Below are positions 58,604 through 64,000 of a stretch of 64,000 nt of DNA, piece by piece. Location of the stretch: contig CABUDQ010000001.1 in NCBI GenBank assembly GCA_902490365.1, positions 2,531 through 66,530 of the forward strand. The letters are read 5' to 3'. The position numbers were made by a program, and so were the translations under genes. The notes beneath the pieces are model-generated. The model worked only from the letters and a program-made list of their open reading frames with translations. It was not told where the DNA came from and searched no databases. The stretch's first letter is position 1, and each line of letters begins with the position of its first letter. This stretch comes from an uncultured Collinsella sp. Its GTDB lineage: Bacteria; Actinomycetota; Coriobacteriia; Coriobacteriales; Coriobacteriaceae.

Positions 58604-61474
58604 ATGAGTCGCCGCAACACCGAGCTGCTCTTGCTCATCGCCTCGGCGTTCCCCGTCATCCTGCTGTATGCGATGTACGTGCTCACCGCGGGCGCCGCCA
58701 TCTCCTTTGAGACGCTCGCGGTGCCGATCGGCCTCTTTGCCGCCTTCGCCGCGGCACATATCGCCGTGCGCATCTTGGCGCCCGGCGCCGACCCCGCCAT
58801 CCTACCCATCGTATTTATACTTTCGGGCATCGGCATCACGTTCGTGACACGCCTCGCCCCCGCTCTCGCCATCTCACAGCTCATCATCCTGTTTGTCTCG
58901 GTGGCGCTCATGGTGGGAACGCTCGCGTTGGTTAAGAACCTCGACGTAGTCATGCGCTACAAGTACACCTTTGGCATCATCGGCATCATTCTGCTGATGC
59001 TGCCTATCTTTATCGGCACCACGATCTCGGGCTCCAAGCTGTGGATTCGCATCGCGGGCTTTACCATCCAGCCCGGCGAGTTCGCCAAGGTCTTTATCGT
59101 GCTGTTCCTGGCCGGGTACCTGGCCGAGAACCGCGAGCTGCTCTCCATCTCCAACCGCAAGATCCTGGGCTTTAAGATCCCTCGCCTGCGACTGCTGCTG
59201 CCGCTGTTTGCCGTGTGGGGTGTGTGCCTGCTCGTCGTCGTCTTCGAACGCGACCTGGGTTCGGCCGTGCTGTTCTACACCATCTTCTTGCTGATGCTCT
59301 ACGTTGCCACGGGGCGCTTTTCGTATGTCGTTATCGGCCTTGCGCTCTTAGCCGTTGGAGCTGTGGGCGCCTACAAATTCCTGTCTCACGTTCAGGTGCG
59401 TTTCCAGGTTTGGGTCGATCCGTTTAAGGACGCCCAGGGCCAGGGCTACCAGATCGTCCAGTCGCTCTTCTCGCTTGCCGATGGCGGCCTGGTCGGTGTT
59501 GGCATCGGCAACGGCATGGCCAACAACATCCCCGTCGTCGAGTCCGACTTTATCTTCTCGGCTATCGGCGAGGAGATGGGCCTTTTGGGCGGCGGCGCCG
59601 TGCTCATCCTGTTTATGCTTTTTGCCGTGCGTGGCCTCACCACGGCTGCCCGCGCTAAATCCGACCTCGCAGCCTTTAGTGCCACGGGCCTTACGGCCGC
59701 CATCAGCTTCCAGGCCTTCTTGATCGTTGGCGGCGTAACCCGCCTGATCCCGCTAACCGGCGTCACCCTGCCCTTTATGAGCCAGGGCGGTTCCTCGCTG
59801 CTGGCGAGCTTTATCATCGTCGCGCTCCTGCTGCGCGCCGGTGACGAGGCGACCGGACGCGAGGCCGAGCTCACCGGCACCGGCACCATGGCCGCCATCA
59901 CCGATGATCAGGTCGCATCTGCCGCCGCCCCGACGGGCACGCGCTTTGCCACCTCGTCTTCCTACGGCAGCGGCAGCCATTCCGTCGGCTCGCGTATGCG
60001 CCGTCGCCTGCTCGACACGCCTGAATCCGGTGTGCTCGGCCGCGTCGCGCTCGCCAACCGTCTAACCCGTGCGGTGCTCGCCTTTACGGCGCTGTTCGCC
60101 ATCCTTATCGGCAACCTCACCTATGTCCAGGTCATCAAGGCCAAGGACTATCAGGATATGCCGACCAACAACCACACTATCGCCCGCTCCAAGTACATCC
60201 AGCGCGGTTCTATCATCACGTCCGACGGCGTGACGCTGGCCGAGTCGCTGCAGCAGGAGGACGGCACCTACGTACGCTCCTACCCCAACGGCAACCTGGC
60301 AGCGCACGTGGTTGGCTACGTGAGCCAGCAGTATGGCACCACCGCCATCGAGAGCGTCATGAACGACACGCTCACCGGCTCTAAGGATTACTCCAGCTGG
60401 AACAACGCCATCGCGTCGCTCGCGGGCCAGACCCAGCCGGGCAACACCGCCAAGCTCACCATCGACTCGCGTATCCAGACGGCGGCCGAGCAGGCGCTCA
60501 AGGGCTTTAAGGGCGCTGTAGTGGTCATCGACCCGCGTACCGGTGCGGTGCTCGCATGCGCCAGCTCGCCCACCTATGACAACACCAACATCGACGCCCT
60601 GCTGCAGGCGGGCGGCGGCGAGGACGGCTCCATGTACAACCGTGCCATGGACGCACTGTACACCCCGGGCTCGACCTTTAAGGTCGTCACGCTCTCCGCG
60701 GCACTCGAAACCGGCACCGCCAGCCTTACCAGCACGTACCAGGCGCCCGGCTCCATGGACATCGGCAACGCGCCGGTCACCAACTATGCCAACGAAAGCT
60801 ACGGCACCATCAGCCTGCAGCAGGCCTTCGCCGTGTCGTCCAACGTCGTCTTTGGCCAGGTGGCCAACGAGATTGGCGCCAGCTCGCTCGTCCAGTTTGC
60901 CAACGCCTTTGGCTACGGCCAAAAGCTCGGCCAAGATCTGACCTCCGCCGCCTCCATCATGGCCGACCCGTCGCTTATGACCGAGTGGGAGACCGCTTGG
61001 GCAGGCGCCGGCCAGCCCGTCGGCATGGACCACACGCCTGGCCCGCAGACCACCGTTATGCAGAGTTGCGTGATCGCCGCCGCTATCGCCAACAGCGGCG
61101 TGGTCATGGACCCGTTCTTTGTGTCCCAGATACTCGCCCCGGACGGAACCGTGGTTAAGACCACGCAGTCCCGCTCTCTGGGCCAGGCTGTCAGCTCTGC
61201 CACGGCCGACCAGGTCAAGCAGGCCATGCTCGCCGTCGTCCAGTCCGGTACCGGCACCGATGCCCAGATTCCGGGCGTCAAGGTTGCCGGCAAGACCGGT
61301 TCGCCCGAGACCGGCGGCACCAACGTCAACTCTACGTTTGTTGGCTTTGCACCTTACGATTCACCCACGGTTGCCATCTCGGTGGCCCTGGAGGATTACG
61401 ACAAACACGACGTCAAGGCGGCTAAGATTGCCGGTATCGTCCTGACCGCGGCGCTCGCCGCACAGGGGGCGTGA
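58604..61474 (+). CDS. RodA/FtsW (SEDS)-PbpA transpeptidase fusion
   Basis: QPGEFAK, ERDLG, ESDFIF, PLTGVTLPFMSQGGSS, then in the same frame PGSTFK (SxxK), SSN, KTG. Confidence 0.92.
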   Translation: MSRRNTELLLLIASAFPVILLYAMYVLTAGAAISFETLAVPIGLFAAFAAAHIAVRILAPGADPAILPIVFILSGIGITFVTRLAPALAISQLIILFVSVALMVGTLALVKNLDVVMRYKYTFGIIGIILLMLPIFIGTTISGSKLWIRIAGFTIQPGEFAKVFIVLFLAGYLAENRELLSISNRKILGFKIPRLRLLLPLFAVWGVCLLVVVFERDLGSAVLFYTIFLLMLYVATGRFSYVVIGLALLAVGAVGAYKFLSHVQVRFQVWVDPFKDAQGQGYQIVQSLFSLADGGLVGVGIGNGMANNIPVVESDFIFSAIGEEMGLLGGGAVLILFMLFAVRGLTTAARAKSDLAAFSATGLTAAISFQAFLIVGGVTRLIPLTGVTLPFMSQGGSSLLASFIIVALLLRAGDEATGREAELTGTGTMAAITDDQVASAAAPTGTRFATSSSYGSGSHSVGSRMRRRLLDTPESGVLGRVALANRLTRAVLAFTALFAILIGNLTYVQVIKAKDYQDMPTNNHTIARSKYIQRGSIITSDGVTLAESLQQEDGTYVRSYPNGNLAAHVVGYVSQQYGTTAIESVMNDTLTGSKDYSSWNNAIASLAGQTQPGNTAKLTIDSRIQTAAEQALKGFKGAVVVIDPRTGAVLACASSPTYDNTNIDALLQAGGGEDGSMYNRAMDALYTPGSTFKVVTLSAALETGTASLTSTYQAPGSMDIGNAPVTNYANESYGTISLQQAFAVSSNVVFGQVANEIGASSLVQFANAFGYGQKLGQDLTSAASIMADPSLMTEWETAWAGAGQPVGMDHTPGPQTTVMQSCVIAAAIANSGVVMDPFFVSQILAPDGTVVKTTQSRSLGQAVSSATADQVKQAMLAVVQSGTGTDAQIPGVKVAGKTGSPETGGTNVNSTFVGFAPYDSPTVAISVALEDYDKHDVKAAKIAGIVLTAALAAQGA

Positions 61475-61606
61475 TGCCCGTGATCAAAGCGGATACTTGG
61501 GACGCGCCACGGCCGATGAGCTAGCGGCTACGCGCCACACGGCCCCAGCGGCCACACATTTGGTACTACACACATCGTTGAGCGAATAGTTATGTTAGGA
61601 GCAGGA

Positions 61607-63568
61607 ATGGAACAGAGGGTCCTCGGGGGAAGATACCTCCTCAAGGATAAGGTGGGAACGGGCGGTATGGCGACCGTCTACCGCGCACAGGACCAGGTCC
61701 TCGACCGCACGGTTGCCGTCAAGATCATGCTGCCGCAGTATGCCGGCGACGCCACCTTCGCCGCTCGCTTTAAGCAGGAAGCCCAGGCAGCTGCCGGCCT
61801 GTCCTCCCCCTATATCGTGGGCGTCTACGACTGGGGCAAGGACGGCGACACCTATTACATCGTCATGGAGTACCTGCGCGGTACCGACCTTAAGAGCGGC
61901 ATCAAGAGCCACGGCGCCCTCGATCCCAAGAAGGTCGCGCAGATCGGCTCGCAGATCAGCTCCGCGCTTTCGGTCGCACACAAGCACGAGATCATCCACC
62001 GCGACATTAAGCCGCAAAACATCATGGTGCTGCCCGACGGCAACATCAAGGTAATGGATTTTGGCATCGCACGCGCCAAGAACAGTCATCTCACGCAGGA
62101 CAACAATGTGCTGGGCACCGCCCACTACGTCAGCCCCGAGCAGACCCGTGGTCAGGACCTCGGCCCCACCTCGGATATCTACTCGCTGGGCGTCGTGATG
62201 TATGAGTGCGCCACCGGCCGCGTACCCTTTGACGGCGACGACGCCATCTCGGTCGCGCTCAAGCAGGTCAACGAGCTCCCCATCCCGCCGAGCCAGATCA
62301 ACTCCGGCGTCGATGCCGACCTGGAGCGCATCATCCTCAAGTGCATGGAGAAGGACCCGGCAAACCGCTTCCAGACAGCCGACGAGCTGCGTCAGGTGCT
62401 CAACAGCTATCTGTCCGGCCGTGCTGTCAACGTCTCGGAGCCCACGCGCGTCATCGGTGCCGCCGGCGACTTGGGTGCCACCAAGACCCGCGAGCTTTCC
62501 GACTCAACGCGCGCTATGGTTCGTCCCGTCTCGGGCGTGAGCGGTCAGAATACCGCCCGCAGTGCTGCCTCGGGCTCCACGGGCTCCTACGAGGTCGAAA
62601 AGCCCAAATCCAACAAGAACAAGATCATCGCCGCCGTGGTGGCAGCCGTTGCCGTCATCGGCATCGTGGTGGCATTTGCCACAGGACTCTTTGGCGGCGA
62701 GCAGGTCACCGTTCCCGATGTACTGGGCAAGGACCAGCAGGCTGCCGTCGAGCAGATCAAGGAAGCCGGCCTCGAGGTCGGCACCATCGACCAAAGCTAC
62801 AACGACGATGTCGACGAAGGCAAGGTCGCCGAGCAAACGCCCAACGGCCACACCAAGAAGGCCAAGGGCACCAAGGTGAACCTGGTGATCTCCAAGGGCC
62901 CCAAGCCCTCCGAGAAGGTTGAGGTTCCCCGGCTTGTCGGCCTGACCAAGGACCAGGCAGAAGCCGCGCTGGCAAGCGTTGGCCTGAAGGGCAACGCCTC
63001 CGAGGAGGCCAACGAGGCCGATGAGGGCCAGGTCTTTGAGCAGGGCACCGAAGCCGGTAAGGAAGTCGAGAAGGGCACGACCATCTCGTATAAGGTCTCG
63101 AGCGGCCCGGATACCACGTCCGTCCCCGACCTGACCGACATGACCGAGGCCCAGGCGCGCAACGCCCTCGATATGGCAGGTTTTGGCGTCGACGTGAGCT
63201 ACCAGGAGAACGACTCGGTTACCGAGGGCACCGTGATCAGCTGGAACCCCAGCGGCAAGCAGAAGCCCGGCGCCACGATTACCGTCGTCATTGCCAAGAA
63301 GTCCGGCAAGGCCTCCGTCCCGGGCAACCTATACGGCAAGAGCATTTCCGCCGCCGTTACCGCGCTCAACAACGCCGGTTTCTATAACATCGCATTCTGC
63401 GATCAGAACGGCAACCCCGTGAGCGGCAATGAAAACGCCACCGTTACGGGCGTCTCCCCCACCGGCAAACAGTCCACCGACAGCACGATTACGCTGACGG
63501 TTGCACTTTCTGGCTCGGGTTCGGGTTCAGGCACGAGCACGGGCGACGATTCCGGTACGACCAACTAG
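61607..63568 (+). CDS. pknB: PASTA-domain Ser/Thr kinase
   Basis: GTGGMA, VAVK, HRDIKPQN, DFGIAR, GTAHYVSPE, one TM, 3-4 PASTA repeats (VPDVLG, VPRLVG, VPDLTD, VPGNLYG). Confidence 0.95.
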   Translation: MEQRVLGGRYLLKDKVGTGGMATVYRAQDQVLDRTVAVKIMLPQYAGDATFAARFKQEAQAAAGLSSPYIVGVYDWGKDGDTYYIVMEYLRGTDLKSGIKSHGALDPKKVAQIGSQISSALSVAHKHEIIHRDIKPQNIMVLPDGNIKVMDFGIARAKNSHLTQDNNVLGTAHYVSPEQTRGQDLGPTSDIYSLGVVMYECATGRVPFDGDDAISVALKQVNELPIPPSQINSGVDADLERIILKCMEKDPANRFQTADELRQVLNSYLSGRAVNVSEPTRVIGAAGDLGATKTRELSDSTRAMVRPVSGVSGQNTARSAASGSTGSYEVEKPKSNKNKIIAAVVAAVAVIGIVVAFATGLFGGEQVTVPDVLGKDQQAAVEQIKEAGLEVGTIDQSYNDDVDEGKVAEQTPNGHTKKAKGTKVNLVISKGPKPSEKVEVPRLVGLTKDQAEAALASVGLKGNASEEANEADEGQVFEQGTEAGKEVEKGTTISYKVSSGPDTTSVPDLTDMTEAQARNALDMAGFGVDVSYQENDSVTEGTVISWNPSGKQKPGATITVVIAKKSGKASVPGNLYGKSISAAVTALNNAGFYNIAFCDQNGNPVSGNENATVTGVSPTGKQSTDSTITLTVALSGSGSGSGTSTGDDSGTTN

Positions 63569-63620
63569 TCGCAACCCAACCGCTCATTACGGCTCTCGCC
63601 GCAAACATATTCGCTCACAG

Positions 63621-63660
63621 GCGCCCGCTTGCTCCCCCAGCAAGCGGGCGCTTCGTTTTT
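63621..63660 (+). terminator. pknB terminator
   Basis: GCGCCCGCTTGCT / AGCAAGCGGGCGC 13-bp stem followed by TTCGTTTTT. Confidence 0.85.
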
Positions 63661-63716
63661 GACATGGCATGAACCAGAAGAGCCCGGCACCGTGGCGGTA
63701 CCGGGCTCGATATTCC

Positions 63717-63793
63717 TCTGGTGCCCCCGGGCGGATTCGAAAACTCCCCCGCGGGGAAATGAGTGACGCGGGTGTCGACGGTTCGAAACCGCC
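63717..63793. repeat. att-like partial duplication of the tRNA-Arg 3' half, partly inverted
   Basis: 63717-63741 equals 63847-63871 (25 bp direct); 63768-63787 is an inverted copy of the adjacent tRNA segment. Confidence 0.8.
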
Positions 63794-63848
63794 GACAGCT
63801 CCCACAAACCAGAAACGGCGCCGCTCTCGCGACGCCGTCATAATCTTC

Positions 63849-63924
63849 TGGTGCCCCCGGGCGGATTCGAACCGTCGACACCCGCTTTAGGAGAGCGGTG
63901 CTCTATCCCCTGAGCTACGGAGGC
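63849..63924 (-). tRNA. tRNA-Arg (CCT)
   Basis: Reverse complement GCCTCCGTAGCTCAGGGGATAGAGCACCGCTCTCCTAAAGCGGGTGTCGACGGTTCGAATCCGCCCGGGGGCACCA. Confidence 0.96.
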
Positions 63925-64000
63925 ATGTTGTATTAGTGTAGCAGATTTACACGTTGTGATGCAGCGTGTAGCCACTCTTCGAAGTTGTGGTGGAACAGCC

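Noticed and set aside
63570..63850. Prophage or integrative element at tRNA-Arg
   Set aside because: Only about 105 bp separate the repeats and there is no integrase; the small ORFs there are translations of tRNA or repeat sequence.

Overview
High-GC chromosomal segment whose gene content and order point to a Coriobacteriia (Collinsella-like) gut actinobacterium; the taxonomy is inferred. From left to right it holds: (1) a fructosamine (fructoselysine-type) utilisation locus with mannose-family PTS IID/IIC/IIAB, an EamA transporter, an FrlB-like deglycase and a divergent GntR; (2) housekeeping and repair genes (GNAT, threonine aldolase, PAP2, mfd, nth, ABC exporter, rmuC); (3) an Rrf2, cluster-less MutY, rubrerythrin block and tRNA-Asp; (4) two paralogous LytS/LytTR two-component systems interleaved with a GT2-like gene, an MFS, a Zn-phospholipase-C-like gene, an amidohydrolase and an APC permease; (5) a C39-like peptidase, a lone arcC, a repeat-flanked AAA+/DUF4143-type ATPase and nifJ; (6) a three-gene sensor, Ser/Thr kinase, FHA module; (7) recR-ybaB-dnaX split by a DUF4160 pair; (8) the kinase-fhaA-fhaB-pstP-rodA::pbpA-pknB cluster and tRNA-Arg(CCT) with a rearranged att-like scar. 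No CRISPR array, integrase or transposase gene was found. The most unusual signals are non-coding: a REP-like family with a 19-nt conserved loop and swappable stems, a 404-bp TIR-bounded element with a 62-bp palindromic array, 34-bp and 80-bp arrays on either side of the ATPase, several long rod-like hairpins with covariation, and a micro-inverted duplication of the tRNA 3' end. Start codons were chosen by RBS inspection, and all product calls rest on motif recognition rather than database searches.
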